23,511 nt of DNA, taken from assembly GCA_045863295.1 (NCBI GenBank), contig BTWA01000059.1, positions 1 through 23,511 of the forward strand, in the 5' to 3' direction. Numbering within the stretch: the first letter of the stretch is position 1; each line of letters starts with the position of its first letter. This document shows, one piece after another, positions 5,871 through 15,413 of the stretch. The position numbers and the translations under genes are program-made. The notes under the pieces are model-generated. The model was not told the origin of the DNA, ran no database searches, and worked only from the letters and a program-made list of their open reading frames with translations. This DNA is from Candidatus Hydrogenedentota bacterium. GTDB taxonomy: Bacteria > Hydrogenedentota > Hydrogenedentia > Hydrogenedentales > SLHB01.

Positions 5871-7961
5871 ATGAAATACCAGGGCGCCCATTGGGTCATA
5901 GTGTCTTGCATGGTTTGGATCCTTGCCGGGTGCGGTCCTGACCGGCCGCCGTCTGCCCCGCTACCCATGAATGAGACGCCCGTAACCCGTTTTTCTTCCG
6001 GAACGGAATGGCGTGATGCCCGGGAGTTTCTTTCGCCGGGGCGATGGACCTGGGAGTTTGATGACTGTGGTCCTAGTGATGCCATCCGCTTTAGCGTACT
6101 TCCAGACCCCATCGCCACCACGCCATTTCGTTTTGAAGTCGTTGCCGGTCGTACCACGCTTGCCGAGGAGACCTTGGCTGCGAACAGCACACAATGGTAT
6201 GACGCACGCATCGATCTCCCCTCCTCGCTTTCCCCTGGTACATCCGTGGAAGTGGTGTTCGAGTCCTCTTCCCGGTTCTGGGTTGGTCCGTTGGAGCGTG
6301 TGCGGGCGGAGGACACGCCCACCAATGTCCTCGTCATACTCATTGACACGCTTCGGCTGGATCACTTGGGATGCTATGGATATGCGAGGGACACTTCTCC
6401 CAACTTGGATGCCCTTGCTCAAGATTCTGTCCGATTTACCCAGTTGACACCCCAATCGTCCTGGACGCGACCTTCCGTTGCGAGCCTGCTTACCGGCACC
6501 TATCCCAGCCGTCACGGAGCGGAGGATCGAAACAACGTATTGCGACGCGGCTTGCCGAGTCTGGCACGTTCGTTGGAGGCCGCCGGTTTCGAGACGACCG
6601 GTTTTATGAGCAACGTGAATTGCATTCCCTATTGGGGATTCGGGAATGACTTTCAGCGCTTTGTGGATGTGGATTCGTCTCTTCTGGTTAATTACGACGA
6701 TGCGAAGATCGTAGAGCGCGCGATGCAGTGGATTGCGTATGCGCGCGGCCGCCCGTGGTTTGTATACGCGCATACATTGGGTCCCCATGATCCCTACGAG
6801 GCCCCTGCTCCATTTTCGGGAAAGTTTTCGGCGCCCGATAGTTCCGAGCCAGACTCGCAGCAATCCACGATTGATCGTTACGATGAAGAGATTGCGTACA
6901 CCGACTTTCAGATCGGCCGGTTGATGGAGCGGATCAAAGAACAAGGCTTGTACGACGACACGCTTATCCTCGTTCTGTCCGATCACGGCGAGGAATTCTG
7001 GGAGCACGGCGGTGTCGGCCATGGCAAGACCCTTTATGAAGAGCAACTGCGCGTACCGTTGTTGATTAAGTTGCCTGGCGGGTCTCATGGCGGCGAAGTG
7101 CGCGAACACCTTGTTGAAGTCGTTGACATTGCACCCACCGTGTTGGAATTGGTTGGCGCTCCAGCCGAGCCACGCTTTCACGGGGACTCGTTTGCGGGCA
7201 TTGTACGCGGTGCGGATAAACCTTCGGGTATGGGGTTTTCGTCATTGATGCTCGAATCCGGCGCCATGCGCGCGGCGAAGACTTCGGAGCAGAAGTACAT
7301 TGAAGACATGATAAAGGACTCCAAGGCGTGGTTTGACCTTGTTCTTGACCCAAAAGAAAGCAACCCCATGGGATTACCGCCGCCTGGAGCGGGAGCGTTG
7401 GAGCGGTATGCCGCCGGCCGTAGCGCGACCGGTGCGGAAGGGCTACATATCCTGATTACCGGTGCATTTGGGTCTGGCGAGACCATTTCCGGCAAGATAG
7501 AAGGAGAAGGGCTGGGTCGAGCGCGTCTTCAGTACGGCGCACAGAATGGCCGACTTGCCGAAAGCGAGAATACAGTGGACTTTGAAGTGACACTGGCAAG
7601 TGGGCTTGACACGCCGCCCGATTTGAACGACTGGTACAAGTCCGTGGATGAGTCGGCGGCCGCACGTATACATGTTTTAGTTGATCCAGACAAGGACATA
7701 ACGTTGACGTTGAATCGGGCGGGAATTGTGATGCCCGCAGAATTCGTATATTTGGGTCCAACGAAAATGCATCAAGAATTGGCGGGCAACACGTTTAAGC
7801 CGGGCGATTTAGTTGCAGACCCCGACGAATTTACGCCGGCAAACCTTCCGGAATCCCTGGGTGTCTATGTTTGGTATGTTCCTGATGCTGAATCCCTTAG
7901 GGATGATGAACTGGATCCGGCGATACGCGATGCGCTCAAAAAGCTCGGCTACATGCACTAG
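5871..7961 (+). CDS. Sulfatase-like (alkaline phosphatase superfamily) lipoprotein
   Basis: Lipobox ILAG-C; motifs NVLVILIDTLRLDHLGCYGY, SSWTRPSVASLLTG, PHDPY, YDEEIAYTD, SDHGEEFWEHG, VPLLIK and DIAPTVL; C-terminal LKKLGY. GGAG RBS. Confidence 0.88.
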   Translation: MKYQGAHWVIVSCMVWILAGCGPDRPPSAPLPMNETPVTRFSSGTEWRDAREFLSPGRWTWEFDDCGPSDAIRFSVLPDPIATTPFRFEVVAGRTTLAEETLAANSTQWYDARIDLPSSLSPGTSVEVVFESSSRFWVGPLERVRAEDTPTNVLVILIDTLRLDHLGCYGYARDTSPNLDALAQDSVRFTQLTPQSSWTRPSVASLLTGTYPSRHGAEDRNNVLRRGLPSLARSLEAAGFETTGFMSNVNCIPYWGFGNDFQRFVDVDSSLLVNYDDAKIVERAMQWIAYARGRPWFVYAHTLGPHDPYEAPAPFSGKFSAPDSSEPDSQQSTIDRYDEEIAYTDFQIGRLMERIKEQGLYDDTLILVLSDHGEEFWEHGGVGHGKTLYEEQLRVPLLIKLPGGSHGGEVREHLVEVVDIAPTVLELVGAPAEPRFHGDSFAGIVRGADKPSGMGFSSLMLESGAMRAAKTSEQKYIEDMIKDSKAWFDLVLDPKESNPMGLPPPGAGALERYAAGRSATGAEGLHILITGAFGSGETISGKIEGEGLGRARLQYGAQNGRLAESENTVDFEVTLASGLDTPPDLNDWYKSVDESAAARIHVLVDPDKDITLTLNRAGIVMPAEFVYLGPTKMHQELAGNTFKPGDLVADPDEFTPANLPESLGVYVWYVPDAESLRDDELDPAIRDALKKLGYMH

Positions 7962-7992
7962 AATTCCCTTGATGAAGCAGTTCCCTTATTTC

Positions 7993-8021
7993 TTGACGGT
8001 TTATACCCCCCCGCGTACACT
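7993..8021 (+). promoter_or_regulatory. Putative sigma70 promoter TTGACG-N17-TACACT
   Basis: -35 at 7993-7998 and -10 at 8016-8021, 17-nt spacing, in the intergenic gap before the GH38 gene. Confidence 0.6.
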
Positions 8022-8064
8022 TTAGATGCACTCAGGGTATGGCGTTGCAAAACGAGGGGACCGT

Positions 8065-10776
8065 ATGAGGGCGTTCTACTGCGTTGGGACCCATTGGGAT
8101 CGCGAGTGGTATGAAACTCACCAAGAGTTCCGAATGTGGCTGGTCGAGCTTATCGACGACTTGATGGATCGGCTCGATGCCCATCCAGAATTCAGATGCT
8201 TCCATCTCGACGGACAGGCGATAGTCATTCGGGATTATCTTGAAGCACGCCCGGAACAGCGCAAGCGGTTTTTGAAATTCTTGTCGGAAGAACGGATCGT
8301 AGTGGGTCCCTGGTTTGTGCTGCCTGACGAATGGCTGGTATCCGGTGAAAGCCTTATCCGCAATCTGAAGATAGGCATCCGAACGTGCCGGCGGTTTGGC
8401 TGTAAACCGATGCAGTTTGGTTACACGCCCGATCAATTTGGCCACATTGCAGCGATGCCTATGATCATGAATGGATTTGGCATCGACACCGGCATTGTGT
8501 GGCGGGGAACTCGTGACGAGGACTATCCGGCGCAGTTTTTGTGGGTGGGGCCGGATGGCAGCCGCATGTGCACGCACAAGCTCATGGACAAAGGGAGTTA
8601 TGGACCCTTTGACAGTGCTGTGCGCCAGCCGGTTCGAGACGCGGGTTATACCGAGAAGGCCTACCGCAAACACTTCGATCCGTACATCAATGTGGAATCG
8701 GAGCGATCGCAAACGCCACTGGTGCTCATGCTGGATGCCATGGATCACCAGACCTCCGATGACAGCATGATCCGGGTTTTTAAGGACTTGAGCAATCAGA
8801 ATCCGGATATTGACTTTGCGTGGACGACGCTTTCCGAGTATGGGGATGCGTTGCGCGCCTATGCTGACGTCTTGCCGGAGCGCACCGGGGAATTGCGCCT
8901 TCCCGTGCGCGACGCTCACCGGGGCGGTCAATACCTTATTGCACACACGCTTTCTTCCCGATATCCATTGAAACGGCAGAATGACCGTTGTCAGTCTCTG
9001 TTGGAACGTTGGGCGGAGCCGCTCATGTTGTTTCAGGAGTTCAAGGGCAAACGTCCGAATCGCCGATATCTTAATCTCGCGTGGGATTGGCTGCTTCAGA
9101 ATCAACCGCACGATTCCATTTGCGGTTGCAGCATTGACCAAGTGCACAAAGACATGGAATACCGTTTCGATCAGTGCGCACAAATTGCAGACGGGATCAT
9201 TCGTCGCGCCGCATCTGCAACCGGTGACGCCCATAGCGATGTGGATCTTCCCATTCATCTGGCGGTCCACAATCCTCTTCCCCACCGCCGAATAGGTGTT
9301 TTCGATATTGACATTCCATTCCCTGAGGATTGGCCGGCGCATTTTATTGACGGGCTATTTAATGCCGAACGTGTTTTCAAGTTTGATATTCGCGACAGCC
9401 AGGGCTTAGCTGTCCCCTTTCAATTGCGCTCGATTGATCACAGGAAGGTACACAAGCGACTGGATCGAACGGGCCGGAGGACGACCCATCAGGGTCCGGT
9501 GTATCGCGTGGCTGTTAAACTTGACTTGCCTCCGGCGGGCGTCGCGGGAATTGCTGTCACACCTTCTTCCACCGCGACCCGAACAAGCGGATCCCTTCGA
9601 ACAGGTCCTTTGTCTGCATCCAACGGCGCCGTTTCAATCAAGATCAACGCGGACGGTACCGTTCGAGTAGCCCACGGCGTGTCCGGGCGCGTGTATGACG
9701 GCCTCATGATGTATGAGGATTGTGGCGATTCCGGAGATGGATGGACGTATGGCAAGGTGATCGATGATCGAGTGATTCGGAGTGCGGGCACCCGAGTCAC
9801 GACTTCTGTCGAGGAAGATGGCCCCTTGCGAACTGTATTCCGCATCGACCGGGAGTTTGACTTGCCGTCGCGACTGGGTGCCGGAACGAAGCGCCGTTCC
9901 GAATGCACAACGATTCTACGCGTGACCGACTGGGTGGGCGTTCAGTTGGGTTCGCCTTGCGTTCATGTGCGTACGCGAGTTGAAAACCATGTTCAGGATC
10001 ATCGTTTACGGGTGATGTTCCCGACTGGTATTGATTCGCCGGTTTCGTTTGCAGACAGCCCATTCGCGGTTGTCAGTCGCGACATTTTGATTCCCGAGGA
10101 GGCGTCAGAGTGGCATGAGCGTTTAAATCCGGAGAAGCCATTCACGCACTATTTTGGTGTGGGCGACGGCCAAGAGGGCTTGGCCATACTGTCTCCTTAT
10201 GGTCTGCACGAATACGAAGTCACGCAGACGCCCGAACGATCACTCGTGCTTACCCTCTTTCGCTCATATGGGCAAACCGTCTATACGTCCGGTGAACCTG
10301 GTGGACAGCTTCAGGGATGTTTAGAATTTGACTATTTGGTCTATCCTTTCGCAGGTCCCCGCGACCCGGTACATTTGGCACGCCTTGCTGCCGAGTCGCA
10401 GACGGGAGTCCTGTCGCACGTGTCCGGACAACTGCTACGAGAGTACTCCTATGCGCAGATCGAACCGTATGGCACGGTGCTATCCGCCCTGAAGCCAGCG
10501 TTTCGAGGAGAGGGGGGCATTATACGGCTTTGGAATCCGACGCCCCATGCGGTGACGGAAAAAGTTCGTTTTGCCGTCGATATTGATTATGCTTCTCTCT
10601 GCAATCTCAATGAGGAATCCATCGATCAACTGCCTATCGACGACGGCGCATTCTTTCTACCCGTACCGCCTTTTGGACTTGCGACCGCGCGGTTTACGTG
10701 GCGGGGAGAGTCCGCACGCGGGAGTGCCTTGACGAATCATGAGAGTGACTACGACGCGCACGACGGTGATGGCTGA
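8065..10776 (+). CDS. Glycoside hydrolase family 38 alpha-mannosidase (MngB-like)
   Basis: Motifs THWDREWY, FHLDGQ, VGPWFVLPDEWLVSGESLIRNL, PDQFGH (nucleophile Asp), QNQPHDSICGCSIDQVH, DHRLRVMFP and LSALK...IIRLWNP. GAGGGG RBS before ATG 8065; no signal peptide. Confidence 0.93.
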   Translation: MRAFYCVGTHWDREWYETHQEFRMWLVELIDDLMDRLDAHPEFRCFHLDGQAIVIRDYLEARPEQRKRFLKFLSEERIVVGPWFVLPDEWLVSGESLIRNLKIGIRTCRRFGCKPMQFGYTPDQFGHIAAMPMIMNGFGIDTGIVWRGTRDEDYPAQFLWVGPDGSRMCTHKLMDKGSYGPFDSAVRQPVRDAGYTEKAYRKHFDPYINVESERSQTPLVLMLDAMDHQTSDDSMIRVFKDLSNQNPDIDFAWTTLSEYGDALRAYADVLPERTGELRLPVRDAHRGGQYLIAHTLSSRYPLKRQNDRCQSLLERWAEPLMLFQEFKGKRPNRRYLNLAWDWLLQNQPHDSICGCSIDQVHKDMEYRFDQCAQIADGIIRRAASATGDAHSDVDLPIHLAVHNPLPHRRIGVFDIDIPFPEDWPAHFIDGLFNAERVFKFDIRDSQGLAVPFQLRSIDHRKVHKRLDRTGRRTTHQGPVYRVAVKLDLPPAGVAGIAVTPSSTATRTSGSLRTGPLSASNGAVSIKINADGTVRVAHGVSGRVYDGLMMYEDCGDSGDGWTYGKVIDDRVIRSAGTRVTTSVEEDGPLRTVFRIDREFDLPSRLGAGTKRRSECTTILRVTDWVGVQLGSPCVHVRTRVENHVQDHRLRVMFPTGIDSPVSFADSPFAVVSRDILIPEEASEWHERLNPEKPFTHYFGVGDGQEGLAILSPYGLHEYEVTQTPERSLVLTLFRSYGQTVYTSGEPGGQLQGCLEFDYLVYPFAGPRDPVHLARLAAESQTGVLSHVSGQLLREYSYAQIEPYGTVLSALKPAFRGEGGIIRLWNPTPHAVTEKVRFAVDIDYASLCNLNEESIDQLPIDDGAFFLPVPPFGLATARFTWRGESARGSALTNHESDYDAHDGDG

Positions 10777-13700
10777 AAGCGTTCGGAGTAATCTGACTCG
10801 TTTGGACCGTTTCGCTTACACGAAGCGGTCCATTTTATGTGTGGCCGTCTTTATGATGTCCGTACTATCTGCCGCGCCTGCCCAGAGCTACGATCCGCAG
10901 CGATGGGAAAGTCGATTTACATTTCGTCCACCGGAGGTTTCCACGAGCGGCGTCGCCACAGGCACCATTGGGGCGCTGCCGTCCTTCACGGCCACCGCTG
11001 GAGAAATGGGGCAGCCGACGCGGGTGCGAGTCAGCCTGCCGTTTGCTCCGGGCGCATTTCCAGCGAGTCTCGGGCTTGTCGTACAGGCAGGAGATACTTC
11101 GATTCAGCCCGGTGTGCGAATCCTCACGCTTCACCCAGGACAGCCTGCGTCAGTTCGCCGGGCCGTCATTACATTTCCCTATACATTTCCGGACCGAAAG
11201 CAGGAGCGATTCCAATTGGATCTTGTTGAGGATCCAGACCCCACCCACTCAGAACCGGTAAAGGTAGAAGAAGAATACGAAATTCGCTGCGGAGACACTG
11301 TGGCGCGTCTTTCAACAACTGGAGTGGCCATAACATCCGGCAATAGCGAATGGTCTTCGACACTCATTGCGCCTGTGGCCGAGGCTGCGGGCACGCCGAA
11401 ACTTGAAGTCATTGAACAGAATCTCCATTTCACCTGGGTGCGGCTGCTGCAGTTCGATACGGCTTGGCCGAGGATCCTGGAGCTGAGAATCGATTCCATG
11501 GGCAACGTAGAAGCAAGTGCCCACGTGCAGCGGCTTGGTACAGGCGACTCCAGTGCCCCCGATCTTGGCTGGCAGTTGCATGTGAACAAGTCGATTGAAC
11601 CGATAAATCATGCGTTCGCCAACGGTGTCCCCCTGGAGTTAAAAATACCCGATTCCTCGTGCCGGCTAGTTTTTCCGTTTGCCGCGCAGTACCGGAAAGG
11701 GCACGTCCAGACGATGGCCGCGCCGGTTGGCAGTGGGGTCTCCTATTTACGCTGTACCGAGGCCGATGGCGTTCCCATGCAAGAAGCGTCGTGGAGATCT
11801 GCTTCCTTTGCGTTGGTCTGCACCGCGAGCGCCGATTCCACGCACGTGTCCGCAGAGGCCTTCGATGCAATTTACCAATGCGGCATGGACACTTCCCTTG
11901 TTTTATATCCGGAATTGACCGCACTTCGTGCGTATTTCCGGCATGGAATCACAAACTCGCGTCTCATGGGTGACGACTTCGGCAACGTTACGGCGTTTTC
12001 GCACGGAGGCGGCGTAAGCACGGGCGGCATGAACCGGTTGAATCATTGTCCTGCGATATTCGAGGAATATTTTCGGTCGGGCAACCCTGCATTGCGAGAT
12101 ACGGCGGTGGAATGGTGTGTCAATATGTACGACTTGTCCATCTGGTGGGGCGACACGCCCGACTGTGGAGGCACGCGATACAACAACGCGTTCAAAGACG
12201 ATCCGAATTTCATGTGGCGCAAAAATGGCGAATCGGTGACTTTTTGCACAAAAGGGTACGACGCATTCTTTTACGCGTATGAAGAAACGGGTGATCCGCG
12301 CATGGCCGTAGCGTTACGCAACCAAGTCGACTATGCGAAGCACTATGTCCACGTCGATCAGGGCGAAGCGCGCAACATTGGCGACGCGTTGGATTTCATA
12401 CGTCTGTATCGCTTCACTGGCATCGAAGCCTATCGAGACAACGCATTGAGGTTGTTTCACGAACTGCGCACCAAACTGGGCGACGACAACTTGTTCAGCC
12501 AAGGCGGACAGCCTATTCAGGAAGTCTTACCCTTCATTGATAATGATGCGGTAGGAACCAAGAATCCTTTTGCAAAGCCCTATATTATTGGGTATGCGCT
12601 GCAGGGCCTTCCGGAATTGGTGCGCGATTTCCCGGATGAGCCGCGATTGTTGGATACGGTAAGGGCCGTTGCGCGCTTTCTCGCTGAATCACAGGATCCA
12701 TTAGGTGGGTGGCGATATCCGCACCCCAAAAGCTCGGGAATGATTCTTAATCAGGCGTTGGAACATGGCGCACAGATTATGCGAGCGGCCGAAGTGCTCC
12801 ATACCCGGGGTGAGCCAATCGGCGATTTGCTCGATGCCCTTGAACTTATACTAAAGGCTCACCTCAATTCTTACGTGCGCAACGGAACTGTCTTGAGCGG
12901 ACTTGGCGGATGGGAATCCGCGGCGGGTGTACTGAACAACACTACCATGGATGCCTTGTATTCGCATCCGAATGATCGGGACCCCTCTCGAGACTATAGC
13001 GAGGGGGCCGTAAGTCTCGGTTCGGTTCCGCCGGATGGTCTTGTGTATTTTTCGCAGGTTCTTGCTTTCTATCTGCGGCATCGCCCCGCCGAGCGTCTTT
13101 ATCATGCTGGCCCATTGCTGAAGCAGGTGGTTGAGCGTACGCCTGATGCGCGATTGAGCATTCAAGCGATGGATGGTTCGCCGCGTGTTCGGATTGCCCT
13201 CACTGAAGACGCGTCGGAATCCGTCGAGTACGATCTCCCTGCCCCATCTTTGTCGCCAGAGCAAATTCGGTGGACTACCGACGAAGAGGACGCTTCCAAG
13301 TCTTATGTCGTCACTTTGCCCGATGGCCGCTATACAGTCAGAATCACTCCTTTTCCAGGGTATGCGTTCTGGTCCTTTACATACTGGCCCAATGAGGCTA
13401 CAGAGGCGCCATCGATCACGGTGAAACATGGACCCGTTGCCGATACTTCGGATTCGCCGACCTTTTCACCATCGGCGACTCGCTCACATGGCGGATTCTC
13501 CATTTTCTCCAGCACGTCAAACCTCCGATTCCAAGGCAATGTCGATAAAGCATCGTCGACTGACGGACCTATCATGGAACATGTCCTGCAGCCCCGCCCG
13601 GGTGAGCCCGTCACCGTTCGCGGCCATTTGACCCTGTCCGGGGACATATCCTCCGTACCTGGGACCGTGCTCAAGGCCATTCATGAGCAGTTTACGCGTT

Positions 13701-14818
13701 CTCTCCCATCTCCCTCCGCGAGCGTAGCGCAATCAGCGACTTATGGGTTGCGCGATTTCCTTCCCACCTTTAATCGGGCCCGGATAGAGCGTATGGATTT
13801 CGATTGGGCTTGGGAGAATCATTCGGCGGATCCTGTCCGAGAGTGGCGAATGGCGGCTCGCGCGCAGTACCTCAAGTGTCTGGGGCCACGACCCGAACTA
13901 TCCCCTTTCCATGTGTCTGTCACGGAAGAGGAAGATCGGGGGTCTTACATTGCGCGCAAGATCGCATTCAACCTCAGTGCAGACGAGCGAGTCAAGGCGT
14001 ACATGCTGATTCCAAAAGGCGATGGTCCCTTTCCCGCCGTCGTTGGGTTGCATGACCATGGCGCTCATTTTTCGATTGGCAAGGAGAAAGTTATCCGTCC
14101 ATTCGGCGAACGCGATGAAGTTCTCAAGGACGCGACTGACTGGACGGGCAAATACTATGGCGGCCGTTGGTTCGGCGACGAATTGGCCAAACGCGGCTAT
14201 GTTGTTTTTGCGACTGATGCCTTGTTCTGGGGAGACCGCGGCCGTTTCGGCGGCGTTGAATACGAGGACCAACAGGCTCTTGGCGCTAACATGCTGCAAC
14301 TGGGCCTGGTTTGGGCCGGGAAGATAGTCTGGGACGATGTCCGCAGCGCCGAGTTCGTTCAGGGTTTGCCGGAGGTGGATCCGGATCGTATCGCCTGCAT
14401 GGGGCTGTCCATGGGTAGCCATCGCACGTGGAGTCTGGCAGCCGCCACGGACATAGTGAAAGCAGGTGCGGCCATTTGTTGGATGGGCGACACGCCGTCC
14501 CTCGCGGCTCCGGGCAACAATCAAACCAAGGGGCATTCGGCCTTTTCCATGCTTCTGCCTGGCGTCCGCAACGCCCTGGACTATCCAGACGTGGCGTCGA
14601 TTGCCGCACCCAAACCCATGCTATTCTTTAACGGTCTCCAGGACGGTTTGTTCCCCGTGGCAGGCGTTGAAGCGGCTTACGTGAAGATGCAACGCGTTTG
14701 GGCCGCCGCGGGTGTTCCGGAAAATTTGAAGACGGAGTTGTGGGACGTGCCCCACGAGTATAATGCAGCCATGCAAGACAAGGCCTTTGCATGGTTGGAC
14801 AGTCAAATCAACCCTTGA
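10769..14818 (+). CDS. Large secreted multidomain protein: N-terminal YetA/PcRGLX-like region with (alpha/alpha) toroid + C-terminal alpha/beta hydrolase (esterase-like)
   Basis: Signal-like ILCVAVFMMSVLSAAPA; RVSLPFAPG...SVRR N-terminal barrel-like motif; toroid helices YAYEETGDPR and LYRFTGIEAYRDNA. The C-terminal part has GPFPAVVGLHDHG, GLSMG (Ser at 14408), DYPDVASIAAPKPMLFFNG..DGLFP and PH. The start overlaps the GH38 stop. Confidence 0.8.
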   Translation: MAESVRSNLTRLDRFAYTKRSILCVAVFMMSVLSAAPAQSYDPQRWESRFTFRPPEVSTSGVATGTIGALPSFTATAGEMGQPTRVRVSLPFAPGAFPASLGLVVQAGDTSIQPGVRILTLHPGQPASVRRAVITFPYTFPDRKQERFQLDLVEDPDPTHSEPVKVEEEYEIRCGDTVARLSTTGVAITSGNSEWSSTLIAPVAEAAGTPKLEVIEQNLHFTWVRLLQFDTAWPRILELRIDSMGNVEASAHVQRLGTGDSSAPDLGWQLHVNKSIEPINHAFANGVPLELKIPDSSCRLVFPFAAQYRKGHVQTMAAPVGSGVSYLRCTEADGVPMQEASWRSASFALVCTASADSTHVSAEAFDAIYQCGMDTSLVLYPELTALRAYFRHGITNSRLMGDDFGNVTAFSHGGGVSTGGMNRLNHCPAIFEEYFRSGNPALRDTAVEWCVNMYDLSIWWGDTPDCGGTRYNNAFKDDPNFMWRKNGESVTFCTKGYDAFFYAYEETGDPRMAVALRNQVDYAKHYVHVDQGEARNIGDALDFIRLYRFTGIEAYRDNALRLFHELRTKLGDDNLFSQGGQPIQEVLPFIDNDAVGTKNPFAKPYIIGYALQGLPELVRDFPDEPRLLDTVRAVARFLAESQDPLGGWRYPHPKSSGMILNQALEHGAQIMRAAEVLHTRGEPIGDLLDALELILKAHLNSYVRNGTVLSGLGGWESAAGVLNNTTMDALYSHPNDRDPSRDYSEGAVSLGSVPPDGLVYFSQVLAFYLRHRPAERLYHAGPLLKQVVERTPDARLSIQAMDGSPRVRIALTEDASESVEYDLPAPSLSPEQIRWTTDEEDASKSYVVTLPDGRYTVRITPFPGYAFWSFTYWPNEATEAPSITVKHGPVADTSDSPTFSPSATRSHGGFSIFSSTSNLRFQGNVDKASSTDGPIMEHVLQPRPGEPVTVRGHLTLSGDISSVPGTVLKAIHEQFTRSLPSPSASVAQSATYGLRDFLPTFNRARIERMDFDWAWENHSADPVREWRMAARAQYLKCLGPRPELSPFHVSVTEEEDRGSYIARKIAFNLSADERVKAYMLIPKGDGPFPAVVGLHDHGAHFSIGKEKVIRPFGERDEVLKDATDWTGKYYGGRWFGDELAKRGYVVFATDALFWGDRGRFGGVEYEDQQALGANMLQLGLVWAGKIVWDDVRSAEFVQGLPEVDPDRIACMGLSMGSHRTWSLAAATDIVKAGAAICWMGDTPSLAAPGNNQTKGHSAFSMLLPGVRNALDYPDVASIAAPKPMLFFNGLQDGLFPVAGVEAAYVKMQRVWAAAGVPENLKTELWDVPHEYNAAMQDKAFAWLDSQINP

Positions 14819-14843
14819 TTCATGACGGAAGGAGTGACCGGGA

Positions 14844-15413
14844 ATGCGAATGCCGCGGCGAGCCGCCGGAACCTCGATACTTGTCGTATCCCTGTTGTTC
14901 AGCGCGTGCCCACTATTGAATCCGCCGTTGATTCAAGTGACGCAGGATATTCTGGACAAAGAGATCGCCGCCTTTAATGGAATCAACAGCCACCGTACTT
15001 CAAACGGCCTCAATGCGTTGGCCATGAACGAATCCTTGCGGGAAGTTGCCCGGAAGCATAGCCAGGATATGGCCGCGCGGAATTTCTTCGATCACGTGAA
15101 CCCGGACGGAGCCGATCCCGGAGACCGCATGAGCGACGCTGGCATCGCATTTAGCGTGGCCGCCGAGAATATCGCCTGGAACAACTTTCCCGACCCTGCG
15201 GCCACTGCTGTTTCCGGTTGGATTGCCAGTCCGGATCATCTTGCCAATATCATGACAGCGGGATTCACGCAAACCGGCATGGGAGTAGCCTCTGATGGGG
15301 CAGGCGGATTCTATTTTACTCAACTCTTCATCAGCACCGCCAAGAACGACAGCGGCCTAATCACCGTTTATTTTTCCAGTCCACTTGCTTCGGCATATCG
15401 CGATCAGAAATGA
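14844..15413 (+). CDS. CAP (SCP/Tpx-1/Ag5/PR-1) domain lipoprotein
   Basis: Lipobox LFSA-C; motifs INSHR...ARKHSQDMAARNFFDH, AENIAW, WIASPDHLANIM, GMGVA and YFTQLF. AAGGAG RBS. Confidence 0.92.
   Translation: MRMPRRAAGTSILVVSLLFSACPLLNPPLIQVTQDILDKEIAAFNGINSHRTSNGLNALAMNESLREVARKHSQDMAARNFFDHVNPDGADPGDRMSDAGIAFSVAAENIAWNNFPDPAATAVSGWIASPDHLANIMTAGFTQTGMGVASDGAGGFYFTQLFISTAKNDSGLITVYFSSPLASAYRDQK

Noticed and set aside
4642..9342. Long antisense ORFs (4642..5616, 5961..7181, 8032..9342) and other nested ORFs
   Set aside because: They are shadows of well-supported sense genes, expected in GC-rich coding DNA, and have no recognisable motifs.
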